Shown: one piece after another, positions 36,344 to 46,050 of the stretch | Position numbering within the stretch: position 1 is the first letter of the stretch | Layout: the number at the start of each line of letters is the position of its first letter | NCBI GenBank assembly: GCA_964567975.1 | Contig: CAZMOW010000001.1 | Span: forward strand, 26,607-90,606 | Direction of reading: 5' to 3' | DNA length: 64,000 nt | From: an uncultured Anaerolineales bacterium | GTDB lineage: Bacteria; Chloroflexota; Anaerolineae; UBA1429 | Translations under genes and position numbers: made by a program | Notes under the pieces: model-generated | What the model saw: the letters and a program-made list of their open reading frames with translations, nothing else | Databases searched by the model: none | Told to the model about the DNA's origin: nothing

Positions 36344-38140
36344 TTACTTTTTTTCCACGACGGCTTCCCAGGGGCCCTCAATCCCATCCTCGTTGACGCC
36401 ATAGTAGATATGAACGTCTCCGTTGGACGTTTTCTGCACAAGATCGTAATGATCACGCCCCGCTCGCTTATATTTGTGCCAAAGCCCGAGCTTGCCCTCC
36501 CAGGATACCTTGTCCTCATCGAAAATGCCCTTTTCCTCAAGAGCGATAGCGTAGCGCCAGAGCCTCCGGGCAGATGAGCGTGTGACCCCATCTATCTCGT
36601 TGCCGTTACGCAGATCGCGCATGGTATGATGCAACTCACCATCGCTTCTCTCCGATCTGACAATCTCCACTCCTGAGCTGGGGCGCTGTACCACGCCTTC
36701 CGGTACCTCTATCTTCCTTGGCGCCTCGCGTTCTTTTGTCGGCTCTGTCTCCTTGGGCGCCTCGCGCTTCCTCCGCTGCGGTTCGCGCTCAGGAGCACGT
36801 TCCTTTGTCAGCGACGGCTTCTTTTCCCTCAGAACCTGCTCCACAAGGGAGATGATCTGATCGCGCATGGCCAGTTCGCTCCTCGCCCCCTGCCGAACAT
36901 AGATCTTGCTGCCCTCAAGCACATAAGGGCGCTCGTCGCCCCGGGGAACGTCAATACGAATGACGTTCTTCCCCTCAGTCTCGAAGGCATGCATATCGAC
37001 ATCGAGAGGGGGAGTAACCAGACGCTTAATTTCCGACCCAAGCCTTCCCATGGCCTGATTCGGGTCCCCTACCCCTCTGGGGGAGGCCTTGGGATCCGCC
37101 TTCACCCCCACATAGATGTAGCCTCCCTTTGTGTTAGCAAAGGCTGCCACATCGCGCACGACAGCGTACAGACATCCCCCCTGACGCTTCATATGCTCAT
37201 GGAAGCTTCGTCTTTCCGTCTGTCCCTCTTTACGTGCTCGACTTACTTTATCAGGACGCGCAGGAGCACGTCGCTTGTAAGGACGCGTGCGAGAAAAATC
37301 ATCGCTCAAAAAGAGCTCCTGTAGCGCGTCAAAGCTCAGCTCTGGCAGGAGGAAATCCGTCGCGCGATCTCCCACTCCCAGATAATTGCCCTTGCGCGTG
37401 AGGCGATGCGCATCGGAGCCCTGAATGCAGTGCATGCGACGAGGATACTGGGGCTTGGACCCGTCAAAGAAGGACTTTGTCGTGTGTCTTCCCCGCTTTT
37501 CCAGGTCCGTCACCTCGAGAGCATGGAGGCTCTCGTTCTGCGTATAGGAAATACGCGTCTGCCCTCCAAAGTTCAAGCGCATCATAGCCACACCATGGTT
37601 CGAGTCGGCATGTGCCGCGATGACCAGGCCCCCTGCCTCCGCCATGGTCCGATAAGCGGTGATGACATCGCTCGTGGAACCAACCTCAGTTTCTCCCTCC
37701 CCAATCAGATCAATGGGCACGTTCAGATCGATCAGCACATGCTCCAGTGCTCGCACAGGGGTGTCCTCATCAAAGATAGCCAGAATATGAAAACCAAAGG
37801 TCGCCGTCAGCTCAAATCCTGGCAATACCAGCATCTTGTCCAGGAGCCGCCGATATTCCTTTAATCGCTGCTCCTCTTCTGGGCTGATCCGACCTGTTTC
37901 CTTCCAACGCTCCAGATCCGCTATCTCGCGCTGCATCTCGGCATAGCCAGCGACGGTGTTGTGATCGGCAAAGGCCACTATTCGCAGGCCTTTGGATTCT
38001 GCTTGTTTCAAAATGTCCAAATATGTAACTTCGGGTTGTTGATAATCTTTGGAGCCAGGCGTATGTATATGGAGATCGCCTCCATACCATTTCAGGTCCC
38101 GATTACTCCGCCCTCCTCTATTTCCGTTATTTTTTGCCAC
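36344..38140 (-). CDS. PHP-domain phosphoesterase fused to an AlbA_2 (Schlafen/divergent-AAA-like) putative DNA-binding domain and an unknown C-terminal domain
   Basis: The N-terminus is [13 protein letters not shown]...AFADHNT (PHP). The middle is [23 protein letters not shown]...[15 protein letters not shown] (AlbA_2). A KEREAP-type repeat linker and a C-terminal domain of about 110 aa follow. The GTG start overlaps the lon 3' end by 49 nt. Confidence 0.7.
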   Translation of the reverse strand: MAKNNGNRGGRSNRDLKWYGGDLHIHTPGSKDYQQPEVTYLDILKQAESKGLRIVAFADHNTVAGYAEMQREIADLERWKETGRISPEEEQRLKEYRRLLDKMLVLPGFELTATFGFHILAIFDEDTPVRALEHVLIDLNVPIDLIGEGETEVGSTSDVITAYRTMAEAGGLVIAAHADSNHGVAMMRLNFGGQTRISYTQNESLHALEVTDLEKRGRHTTKSFFDGSKPQYPRRMHCIQGSDAHRLTRKGNYLGVGDRATDFLLPELSFDALQELFLSDDFSRTRPYKRRAPARPDKVSRARKEGQTERRSFHEHMKRQGGCLYAVVRDVAAFANTKGGYIYVGVKADPKASPRGVGDPNQAMGRLGSEIKRLVTPPLDVDMHAFETEGKNVIRIDVPRGDERPYVLEGSKIYVRQGARSELAMRDQIISLVEQVLREKKPSLTKERAPEREPQRRKREAPKETEPTKEREAPRKIEVPEGVVQRPSSGVEIVRSERSDGELHHTMRDLRNGNEIDGVTRSSARRLWRYAIALEEKGIFDEDKVSWEGKLGLWHKYKRAGRDHYDLVQKTSNGDVHIYYGVNEDGIEGPWEAVVEKK

Positions 38141-40608
38141 TTTTTCTTTCCTTCCAAATTGTCGAAAGCGGCCTCCAGAACCTGTTCGACGCGATCAACA
38201 AGAATGAATTCCATCTCGTCGCACACCTCTTGAGGCACTTCGTCTAAATCCTTTTCGTTTCTCTGCGGTAAACATATGTATTCAAGTCCTGCGCGGTGCG
38301 CCGCCAACACCTTTTCCTTGACCCCGCCAACAGGCAACACCTGACCTCGCAGCGTAATCTCGCCTGTCATGCCCAACTTGCCATTTACGGGCATATCTTT
38401 CAGTACTGAAGCGATGGCCGTACACATAGCTACGCCAGCCGAGGGGCCATCTTTCGGAATCGCCCCCGCAGGAACATGAAGATGAATATCTATACTGCCA
38501 AAAATATCTTCGTCTATGCCCAGTTCCGCCGCTTTTGAGCGCACATAGCTCAGAGCAGCCTGAGCCGACTCTTTCATAACTGTGCCCAATTTCCCCGTCA
38601 CAGAGAAATTGCTGCTCCCCTTCATTTTCGTCGCCTCCACGAAGAGAATATCCCCTCCCGACGGCGTCCACGCCAATCCCGTGGCCACCCCGGGGATCTG
38701 GGTACGTTCGGCCACCTCAAAAAAGTATACGGGTTTGCCAAGATAATCCGGCACCACATCTTCCGAGACGACGATCTGGCCCGAAAAACCCTCCGCCACT
38801 TTGGCGGCTACCTTGCGACAGACGGCACCAATCCTTCGCTCCAGTTCACGCACGCCAGCTTCCCTTGTATATTCCCGTATGATGCGGCGCAACGCCCGTT
38901 GCTCAAAGCTTATTTCTTCAAAACGAAGGCCATTTTCCTGAATCTGTCTGGGAATCAAGTACCCTTCAGCGATGGCGACCTTCTCATGCTCCGTATAACC
39001 GGAGAGCTTGAGCGTCTCCATCCGATCTCTCAAAGCCGCAGGGATCGTGTCCAACACGTTGGCGGTGGTGATGAACATCACCTGCGACAGATCAAAGGGA
39101 ACATCAAGATAATGATCCCGAAACTCTCGATTCTGCTCTGGATCCAAAACCTCCAGCAGCGCCGAGGCAGGATCGCCCCTGAAATCGGCCCCTATCTTGT
39201 CCACCTCGTCCAACATAAAGACCGGATTGCGCGACCCCACACGCCTGATGGCCTGGATGATACGGCCCGGCATGGCCCCGATATACGTACGGCGATGCCC
39301 CCTTATCTCCGCTTCATCATGGATACCACCCAGCGACTGCCTGATGAACTTGCGCCCCAGGGCACGGGCGATAGAACGTCCCAGCGAGGTCTTGCCTACC
39401 CCAGGAGGACCAACCAAACAGAGGATAACTCCCTCACGTTCCTGACGAATGTGATCCACGGATCGCTCTTGACGTGCGGTCGTTTCTGCCTCGGACTCTT
39501 TGTCAACGCGTTCATGCCGAAGCTTGCGCACAGCGAGATACTCGATGATGCGATCTTTGACGTGTTCAAGATCATAGTGATCCTCATCCAACACACGACG
39601 GGCCACACTGATATCCAGATTATCCTCTGTGGTTGATTGCCAAGGGAGTTCCGTAAGCCAGTCGAGATATGTGCGGATCACGGAATATTCTGCCGCTGCA
39701 GGAGGTAGCTTTGCCAGGCGATCCAGTTCGCGCAGGGCCTCCGTTTTGGCCTCCTTGGGCATCCCAACGGTCTCTATCCTTTCCTCAAGCTCCTGAATCT
39801 CTGCTGCTTGCCCATCCTCCTCTCCCAACTCCCTCCTGATCGCCTTCAACTGCTCACGCAGGAAATACTCCCGCTGTACTTCTTCTATGCCAGACTGGGC
39901 ATCGGATTGGATCTTTTTTCCCAGCTCCAACACGTCGACTTCGCGCGTGAGTACGCTGAAAAGGCGAAAGAGTTTGTCAGTTACACTATCCAGCTCCAGA
40001 ATCTCTTGGCGTACCCCGACATCCATACGCGTACTCGTGGCCACCATGTAGGCCAACTGCCTCGGGTCGTCGGTATCGAGGACGTTGCCCGCGATCTCTG
40101 CGGGAATGTACCCCGCAAGATCCGCCAAGCGCTCAAACAGATCCACGATATTGCGTACCAGAGCCTCGACTTCGACCCCGGTCTCCGTCGTCTCGGGGGC
40201 AACTTGGACATTGGCACGCATATAAGGATCTAACTGCGTGAACTTGGAAATCTGAACGCGCTCCAACCCCTGCACCACCACATGCAACGTGTCATCGGGC
40301 GAACGCGCCAGCCGATGAATCATACCGATGGTACCCATTTCGTACAGATCTTCCGGTGTAGGATCCTGCACCCCCGGATCCTTGACAGCCACCAGGGCCA
40401 CCAAACGATCCGCGATCACGGTGTCATCGATCAGGCGCACGGAACGGGGCTTTTCGACCACCAGGGGCAATACCGTCAAAGGAAATATCACCGTACTCCT
40501 CAGAGGGAGAACGGGCAATTCCTCAGGAAACGAAAGCTCATCCTCCATCGACCCGTCGACAAACTCTTCTTCGATTATGTCTTTTCTCAAAAGGCTAGAA
40601 AAATCCAT
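38092..40608 (-). CDS. lon: ATP-dependent Lon protease (LonA)
   Basis: It has a LON N-domain, AAA+ motifs ([23 protein letters not shown]) and the S16 protease motif [13 protein letters not shown] with a downstream Lys. Confidence 0.95.
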   Translation of the reverse strand: MDFSSLLRKDIIEEEFVDGSMEDELSFPEELPVLPLRSTVIFPLTVLPLVVEKPRSVRLIDDTVIADRLVALVAVKDPGVQDPTPEDLYEMGTIGMIHRLARSPDDTLHVVVQGLERVQISKFTQLDPYMRANVQVAPETTETGVEVEALVRNIVDLFERLADLAGYIPAEIAGNVLDTDDPRQLAYMVATSTRMDVGVRQEILELDSVTDKLFRLFSVLTREVDVLELGKKIQSDAQSGIEEVQREYFLREQLKAIRRELGEEDGQAAEIQELEERIETVGMPKEAKTEALRELDRLAKLPPAAAEYSVIRTYLDWLTELPWQSTTEDNLDISVARRVLDEDHYDLEHVKDRIIEYLAVRKLRHERVDKESEAETTARQERSVDHIRQEREGVILCLVGPPGVGKTSLGRSIARALGRKFIRQSLGGIHDEAEIRGHRRTYIGAMPGRIIQAIRRVGSRNPVFMLDEVDKIGADFRGDPASALLEVLDPEQNREFRDHYLDVPFDLSQVMFITTANVLDTIPAALRDRMETLKLSGYTEHEKVAIAEGYLIPRQIQENGLRFEEISFEQRALRRIIREYTREAGVRELERRIGAVCRKVAAKVAEGFSGQIVVSEDVVPDYLGKPVYFFEVAERTQIPGVATGLAWTPSGGDILFVEATKMKGSSNFSVTGKLGTVMKESAQAALSYVRSKAAELGIDEDIFGSIDIHLHVPAGAIPKDGPSAGVAMCTAIASVLKDMPVNGKLGMTGEITLRGQVLPVGGVKEKVLAAHRAGLEYICLPQRNEKDLDEVPQEVCDEMEFILVDRVEQVLEAAFDNLEGKKKWQKITEIEEGGVIGT

Positions 40609-40648
40609 TCCTTCCCACCATCATCCCGACTTGACGACTTCCACACCC

Positions 40649-40677
40649 ATTGTGCAACCATTGCGTAAAAGTGTCAA
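40649..40677 (-). promoter_or_regulatory. sigma70-type promoter of lon
   Basis: On the minus strand: -35 TTGACA (40677-40672), 17-nt spacer, -10 CACAAT (40654-40649). Confidence 0.45.
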
Positions 40678-40940
40678 GGGGACCATGCAAAAACCGAGCA
40701 CGGGGTAAAAGCACCTCATGTGAGTGCACAGAAGACGCCTATCCACCACATTCTCACAGCAAGTTGACTACCAGATTCATATCCAAGATCGCCGGCCACC
40801 CATTCGCTGGGCCCAACAACCCCAAAACGTCAAGCGCCCTACAGAAAACAGAATCCATAATGCGACCCTGATCTACGCAATAGTATACCACATTCACCCG
40901 GTGAACCCAAATATAATCACCCCTCTCACATTCACATCGT

Positions 40941-40968
40941 TTGACAAAACTCTTTCTTTATCTACAAT
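40941..40968 (+). promoter_or_regulatory. sigma70-type promoter of the DUF89 gene
   Basis: TTGACA (40941-40946), 16-nt spacer, TACAAT (40963-40968). Confidence 0.55.
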
Positions 40969-41101
40969 AGAGTCACACATAGGGGGTCTCTATATATAAG
41001 TGTGAAACTCATCTAATTTCTCTTATAGTAGCGTGTCCAAACTGAAAGGGGTCAGATATGTATCCTTCATGCTCGCGAACTATGGACAATGAACCGGACC
41101 G

Positions 41102-41995
41102 ATGAAAACGTATCTCGATTGCTATCCCTGTTTTCTGCGCCAAGCTCTGGAAGCATCCCGCGCCGTTGGCGCCCCACAGGAGGGACAACATCGGCTTCTG
41201 AGAAAGGTCATGGAAGATCTTTTACAATTGGACCCTGACTGCCCTCCTCCCGAGATCGCACAGGATGTCCACCGCATAGTGCGCATGCAGACGGGCGTCG
41301 ATGACCCCTATACTCGCCTGAAAGCATATAGCACAAAACGCGCGCTGGACCTGTATCCGCGACTCCAACCTTTGGTTAAGAAAGCCAAAGATCCCCTGTC
41401 CTGTGCCGTGCGTCTGGCTGTCGCGGGCAATATAATCGATTTTGCACAGGCCGATACTAAATCCAGAGTGGAGGATCTGTGGAGTTCCGTACAGGACACA
41501 TTAAGGCAACCTTTCACCATAGATCACACTCAAGTCCTTGGTAGAGCTGTTGAGGCTTCACGACGGGTGCTATTCCTGGGCGATAACGCGGGGGAAACTG
41601 TTTTTGATCGCCTCTTGATCGAGAATTTGGAGACACCAACCCTCTATGCGGTCAAAGGCGGCCCTATCATCAACGACGCTACCGTCGAGGACGCCCAAGA
41701 AGCGGGCCTCGATCAGGTCGCAGAGATCACGAGCAACGGCTCCGATGCACCGGGCACTCTGCTGAAGGACTGTTCACCCGAGTTTCTCCACGACTTCTAT
41801 GACGCGCCTGTGATCATTGCCAAGGGGCAGGCTAACTATGAAACCCTAAGCCAGGTCCGTGCGCCAATTTTCTTCCTCCTGAGAATAAAGTGCCCCGTCA
41901 TTGCAAAAGATATGGGTGCTGCTATAGGTTCAATTATCTGCAAGAGGAGTGAAAAATATTCCGAGAGATCAGAAATTGTCCGTCATAACGATTGA
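41102..41995 (+). CDS. DUF89 (ARMT1-like damage-control phosphatase) family protein
   Basis: It has the N-terminal CYPCFLRQAL motif, AVAGNIIDFA, GDNAGETVFD and AKGQANYETL blocks typical of DUF89. Confidence 0.8.
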   Translation: MKTYLDCYPCFLRQALEASRAVGAPQEGQHRLLRKVMEDLLQLDPDCPPPEIAQDVHRIVRMQTGVDDPYTRLKAYSTKRALDLYPRLQPLVKKAKDPLSCAVRLAVAGNIIDFAQADTKSRVEDLWSSVQDTLRQPFTIDHTQVLGRAVEASRRVLFLGDNAGETVFDRLLIENLETPTLYAVKGGPIINDATVEDAQEAGLDQVAEITSNGSDAPGTLLKDCSPEFLHDFYDAPVIIAKGQANYETLSQVRAPIFFLLRIKCPVIAKDMGAAIGSIICKRSEKYSERSEIVRHND

Positions 41996-42085
41996 CGAGA
42001 TTTGCCTCAGAATACAGTCGCACAACGATCAAGCACATCACTTTCACCCAAAACTGAGTAGCATTATATCGAAGGAGAGATAACT

Positions 42086-42487
42086 ATGAAGATCGCCGTT
42101 ACATCTGGTGGAGACCACCTGGAAGCTCCCCTATCTCCCGTGTTCGGACGAAGCCCGGCCTACATATTCATCGACACGGAGACTATGGAATATGAGGTGG
42201 TGTCAAATCCCGCCTCTGGTGCCGCAGGCGGCGCTGGGATACAGGCGGCCCAGTTCATCGTCGAGAGAAACGCCGAGGCTGTCATCACGGGCAACGTGGG
42301 ACCCAACGCCTACGGCGTACTGAGCTCGGCCAACATCCCAACCTACCTCTCAGAAGCTGGCATCGTAAAAGAGGCCATCGAGGCGTTCAAGGCGGGAGAG
42401 CTGGAAGAGGTATCCGATGCCAACGTCCCCGGCCACTTTGGTACCGGCGGAGGCGGGCGGGGCAGGGGCCGGGGAAGGCGCGGGTAG
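42086..42487 (+). CDS. NifB/NifX-family (dinitrogenase FeMo-cofactor-binding-like) small protein with RGG tail
   Basis: MKIAVTS...HFGRSPAYIFIDTE...AVITGNVGPNAY fits PF02579-like proteins. The C-terminus is GTGGGGRGRGRGRRG. Confidence 0.75.
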   Translation: MKIAVTSGGDHLEAPLSPVFGRSPAYIFIDTETMEYEVVSNPASGAAGGAGIQAAQFIVERNAEAVITGNVGPNAYGVLSSANIPTYLSEAGIVKEAIEAFKAGELEEVSDANVPGHFGTGGGGRGRGRGRRG

Positions 42488-42560
42488 ACAAATCCCCATA
42501 ATGCGTACAAAGCCTTACATGGCCCATCTTCGCTTTTTAGCCTGAGCCGAAGGCATTTTC

Positions 42561-42589
42561 TTGACGCGGCCGCCTCTCTAAAGTACACT
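42561..42589 (+). promoter_or_regulatory. sigma70-type promoter of the lipoprotein/GT2 operon
   Basis: TTGACG (42561-42566), 17-nt spacer, TACACT (42584-42589). Confidence 0.5.
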
Positions 42590-42644
42590 GGCAAAGTACT
42601 ATATGTCGATTTGCCAGCATATCGTTGGGAGGCGGCTCGCACTC

Positions 42645-43853
42645 GTGACTAAACTTTCAATCCCTAAGCATCTGATGTTCCTGCTATCTCTCATCTTCGT
42701 CCTTTCCGGTTGCATCTCTCGTCCTCTTCTGCACGATGTTTCCATCCGTCCCCAGACCATATCCCCCAACGCGGACGGTGTGGACGATATCGCAGAGATC
42801 AAATACTCCCTCTCAAGGCAGTCGCGAATCACCATATATCTCGTCGACCAGGATGGCAACCGCCATTACTTTCGCGAGGACAATCGACGCTCAAAAGGTG
42901 AACGCACAGCCTACTTTGGCGGCGTGATCGATGGTACGCTGCTCCCCGACGGCGAGTACACCTGCGTGTTCGTCGCAGAGGACGAACACGGCCGCACAGA
43001 ACGTGTGGAAAAAGATCTCGTGATCTCTGGCGGAGACAAGATTCCCCTTCGCATCGAGAATCTCAATGTCTGGCCCCAAGAGTTCACTCCCAATCGGGAC
43101 GGCATTACAGATAGGGTCACCATCGGCTATAACCTCAACAAGGAAGCCGAGCGCGTGAAGGTGTACCTTCTGGACGACGAGGAAACCAAGTACCCTGTGC
43201 CCGAGGACGAGATCCGTGAGATGGGCACCCCGGGCACCCATGAGCACGACTATGATGCAGGAATCGACCTGGGCGCCACACCTCCCCCCGACGGCACCTA
43301 TACCGTCGTCGTGGAGGCGGTGGACGCCGTGGGAAACCAGACCAAAGCGACCGGCGAACTGACCGTACGTGACGGGGGTGTGCCCCGCGTCGAGATTGTC
43401 AACCGCGCAGCCAAGTTCTCTCCCGAGGTCGTTCCCCTGGGCCACACCCTGACCTTCACGTGCACTGTCAAGAATATAGGCGCCGTGCCCGTGCGCACCA
43501 AAGGTCCAGAACCGGGAACAAGCTACAGTACGTCCGAGAACTTTAATACCTTTGGCGAACCCGTGGAGCCAGGTGTATTTCGCGTGGGACTGGATTTCGA
43601 GGGCAACAGTGAGGGACGTACGTATCCCTTCCGCTGGCAGCTGGGCAAGGATGAGGAGCTTGAGGTGATAGATACAGAGATCGGGCCTCAAAAGTATCTC
43701 ATGCCCGATCAGACGGTGACCGTCGTGGGGCATTTGCGCATCGACGATCGCCCCTTTGACGCCAAACCCTACTATTGGATAGGATTGATCCACGAGGAGG
43801 TGGAGATAGTCCAGGATAACGTCGAGCCCACGCAGATCGCCATCGCCTTCTAA
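42645..43853 (+). CDS. lipoprotein with two FlgD-Ig-like domains and a C-terminal beta domain
   Basis: It has the lipobox LSGC. Two units are repeated (ISPNADGVDD...PDGEYTCVF and FTPNRDGITD...PDGTYTVVV). I prefer the GTG at 42645, after a GGGAGG SD, but the track ATG at 42603 is also possible. Confidence 0.7.
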   Translation: MTKLSIPKHLMFLLSLIFVLSGCISRPLLHDVSIRPQTISPNADGVDDIAEIKYSLSRQSRITIYLVDQDGNRHYFREDNRRSKGERTAYFGGVIDGTLLPDGEYTCVFVAEDEHGRTERVEKDLVISGGDKIPLRIENLNVWPQEFTPNRDGITDRVTIGYNLNKEAERVKVYLLDDEETKYPVPEDEIREMGTPGTHEHDYDAGIDLGATPPPDGTYTVVVEAVDAVGNQTKATGELTVRDGGVPRVEIVNRAAKFSPEVVPLGHTLTFTCTVKNIGAVPVRTKGPEPGTSYSTSENFNTFGEPVEPGVFRVGLDFEGNSEGRTYPFRWQLGKDEELEVIDTEIGPQKYLMPDQTVTVVGHLRIDDRPFDAKPYYWIGLIHEEVEIVQDNVEPTQIAIAF

Positions 43854-43864
43854 GGGTTCAACCC

Positions 43865-44806
43865 GTGGAACTTGGCATCGCCATCGTCAGCTATAATACC
43901 CGCGATCTCACCGCCGACTGCCTGGCTTCCGTGTATGAAGAACTGGACAGATCCGACCTGCACGGAAAGGTATGGGTGGTTGACAATGCCTCAACGGACG
44001 GCAGCGCAGAGATGATAGGGAAAAGTTTCCCCCAGGCAGAACTCGTTGCCAATCGGGAAAACGTGGGATTTGCGCACGCGACGAATACGGCCATAGCCCA
44101 GATGAAAGCATCGGAGGGGCTGCCCAAATACGTACTGCTCTTAAATCCCGATACGCGGGTACAGCCCAAGGCCTTGTCGCGCATGATCACCTTTTTGGAG
44201 AATTCTCCTCGGGTGGGCGTCGTGGGCCCTCGGCTGACCTACGGCGATGGAAGATTTCAACACAGCGCCTTCCGTTTCCCCACCCTCTGTATGGCCTTTC
44301 TCGACTTTTGGCCCCTCCACCATCGGCTGCTCGACTCCAGACTCAATGGCCGTTACCCCAAACGCCTCTACGAGGCCGGCGAACCCTTCCCCATCGATCA
44401 TCCGTTGGGAGCAGCCATGATGGTACGCGGGGAAACGATCCAGGAGGTCGGCCTTTTGGACGCCAACTTTTTTATGTACTGCGAGGAGATTGACTGGTGC
44501 AAACGCATCAAAGAGGCGGGCTGGGAGATATATTGCCTTCCCAGGGCCGAGATCGTCCACTTTTCCGGCCAGAGCACCCGCCAGTTCGCGGAAGAGATGT
44601 TCGTGGCCCTGTGGCGCAGCCGCTTCAGACTCTTTCGGAAACACTATGGCCGGGGCTACCGCATCGTGATGCGCCTCATCGTCAGACTGGGATTGTGGTA
44701 CAAGATATGGCAGCTGAGAAAAGCTAGGCGGCGGGGCGAAATATCCCCGGCAGAAATGGACCGCAAACAAGCGGCCTATCAACGAGTATTGGCCTTGGAG
44801 ATGTGA
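43865..44806 (+). CDS. family-2 glycosyltransferase
   Basis: IAIVSYNTRD, VVDNASTDGS and LLNPD (DxD-like), with GT2 length. Confidence 0.85.
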   Translation: MELGIAIVSYNTRDLTADCLASVYEELDRSDLHGKVWVVDNASTDGSAEMIGKSFPQAELVANRENVGFAHATNTAIAQMKASEGLPKYVLLLNPDTRVQPKALSRMITFLENSPRVGVVGPRLTYGDGRFQHSAFRFPTLCMAFLDFWPLHHRLLDSRLNGRYPKRLYEAGEPFPIDHPLGAAMMVRGETIQEVGLLDANFFMYCEEIDWCKRIKEAGWEIYCLPRAEIVHFSGQSTRQFAEEMFVALWRSRFRLFRKHYGRGYRIVMRLIVRLGLWYKIWQLRKARRRGEISPAEMDRKQAAYQRVLALEM

Positions 44807-44807
44807 C

Positions 44808-45596
44808 GTGCCCCAATTAAGCGTAGGAATCCTCGCCTGTAACAACGAGGCGATTATCGCCGACTGCCTTCGAAGCGTGATGTGGGCCGATGATATCTTT
44901 GTCGTCCTCGACACGCGCAGCACCGATCGCACCGCTGAGGTAGCCCGCGCCTTTGGCGCGCGGGTCGTGCCTCACAGATTCGAGAATTTCGCCACACAGC
45001 GCGAGTTCGGCCTATCGCAGGCCGGGGGGGATTGGCTCTTTTATATAGATTCGGACGAGCGGGCGACGCGCCACGTCGAGGAGGAGGTGCGCGGTGTAAT
45101 ACGAAATAACGCCTTCAGCGGGTGGTGGGTGCCCAGGCGTAACGTGATCTGGGGGCGGGAAATTCGTCACGGCGGCTGGTATCCCGACTATCAACTGCGC
45201 CTTCTCAAGGTGGGACGCGCGCACTATGATCCCCACCGCCAGGTACACGAGGTGGTAGAACTGGAAGGTAAAGCGGGCTACCTTGAGAACCCTCTCATTC
45301 ACTACAACTATCGTACCTTTGCCGAGTTCAAGCGCAAGCAGCGACAATACGTACCGTATGAAGCCCGTATCCGCTATGAGGAAGGGAAACGCCCCAAACC
45401 CTGGACTTACCTGTCGCAGCCGCTTCGCGAATTCTGGCGACGCTACTTCACCCTAAAGGGCTACAAGGATGGCATATGGGGCTTGATATTGTGCTCTCTG
45501 ATAGCCTATTATTATGGCTTTCTGGTCACTGTACACCTTGAAAAACTATGGCGCGACAAGGAAAGCCGAACAACCGATAGCGGCCAAGAAGCTTGA
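44808..45596 (+). CDS. family-2 glycosyltransferase (second)
   Basis: LSVGILACNNE, VVLDTRSTDRT and YIDSDE. The start lies 1 nt after the upstream stop. Confidence 0.85.
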   Translation: MPQLSVGILACNNEAIIADCLRSVMWADDIFVVLDTRSTDRTAEVARAFGARVVPHRFENFATQREFGLSQAGGDWLFYIDSDERATRHVEEEVRGVIRNNAFSGWWVPRRNVIWGREIRHGGWYPDYQLRLLKVGRAHYDPHRQVHEVVELEGKAGYLENPLIHYNYRTFAEFKRKQRQYVPYEARIRYEEGKRPKPWTYLSQPLREFWRRYFTLKGYKDGIWGLILCSLIAYYYGFLVTVHLEKLWRDKESRTTDSGQEA

Positions 45597-45613
45597 TACG
45601 ATTGAGGGGCTAG

Positions 45614-45985
45614 ATGGTGGAACTGAGCGAGGAACAGTTTGAAAAGATCGTCGCCCAGGCCCTGGATGATGTGCCGGCGTGGATAAATCAAAGGATGCAA
45701 AACCTAGCCGTCGTCATCCATCCCTGGCCTACCTCTCAACAGATACGCCACTCCCAAAAAGAGGGCAAGATGCTTCTCGGACTGTACGAGGGCATTCCCC
45801 TCACAAGACGCAGCCACGCATACCGGCTCGTTCCCCCTGATCGGATCACCCTCTTTCAGCAGCCCCTCCAGCGCGCCGCGCGGGATGAACAGGAGCTTGT
45901 GCAGTTGGTGCGCAGGACGGTCATCCACGAGATCGGCCATCACTTTGGGCTATCGGAACAGGATCTCAACGATCTGGGGATTTGA
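45614..45985 (+). CDS. zincin-like metallopeptidase family protein (DUF1025/Zincin_1)
   Basis: This 123-aa protein carries a HEIGHHFG zinc motif near its C-terminus. Confidence 0.8.
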   Translation: MVELSEEQFEKIVAQALDDVPAWINQRMQNLAVVIHPWPTSQQIRHSQKEGKMLLGLYEGIPLTRRSHAYRLVPPDRITLFQQPLQRAARDEQELVQLVRRTVIHEIGHHFGLSEQDLNDLGI

Positions 45986-46050
45986 CATCCCCAATTTAGA
46001 CGAAAAGTTTGAACAGGTGGGCTCTCCTCCGCGCTTCCGTTCTCCCCCAG

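Noticed and set aside
38092-38140. The 49-nt overlap between lon and the PHP-AlbA_2 gene, as a sign of a frameshifted single fusion gene.
   Set aside because: Lon is full length with a normal C-terminus and its own stop. The downstream ORF is in a different frame, and PHP homology begins about 20 codons after its GTG. Only the exact start codon remains uncertain.
40711-40727. A CIRCE-like element (GCACCTCATGTGAGTGC) upstream of lon, as a possible HrcA heat-shock operator.
   Set aside because: CIRCE is TTAGCACTC-N9-GAGTGCTAA. Here the left arm is GCACCTC and the spacer is only 4 nt. The flanking TTA/TAA are absent, and the site lies upstream of the predicted -35 box rather than over the start.
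40609-41101. The 490-bp AT-richer spacer between lon and the DUF89 gene, as a possible independent ncRNA gene or gene remnant.
   Set aside because: It is adequately explained by two divergent promoters, a leader and a small uORF. The 73- and 91-aa ORFs in it are low-complexity, and I recognised no conserved ncRNA core motif.
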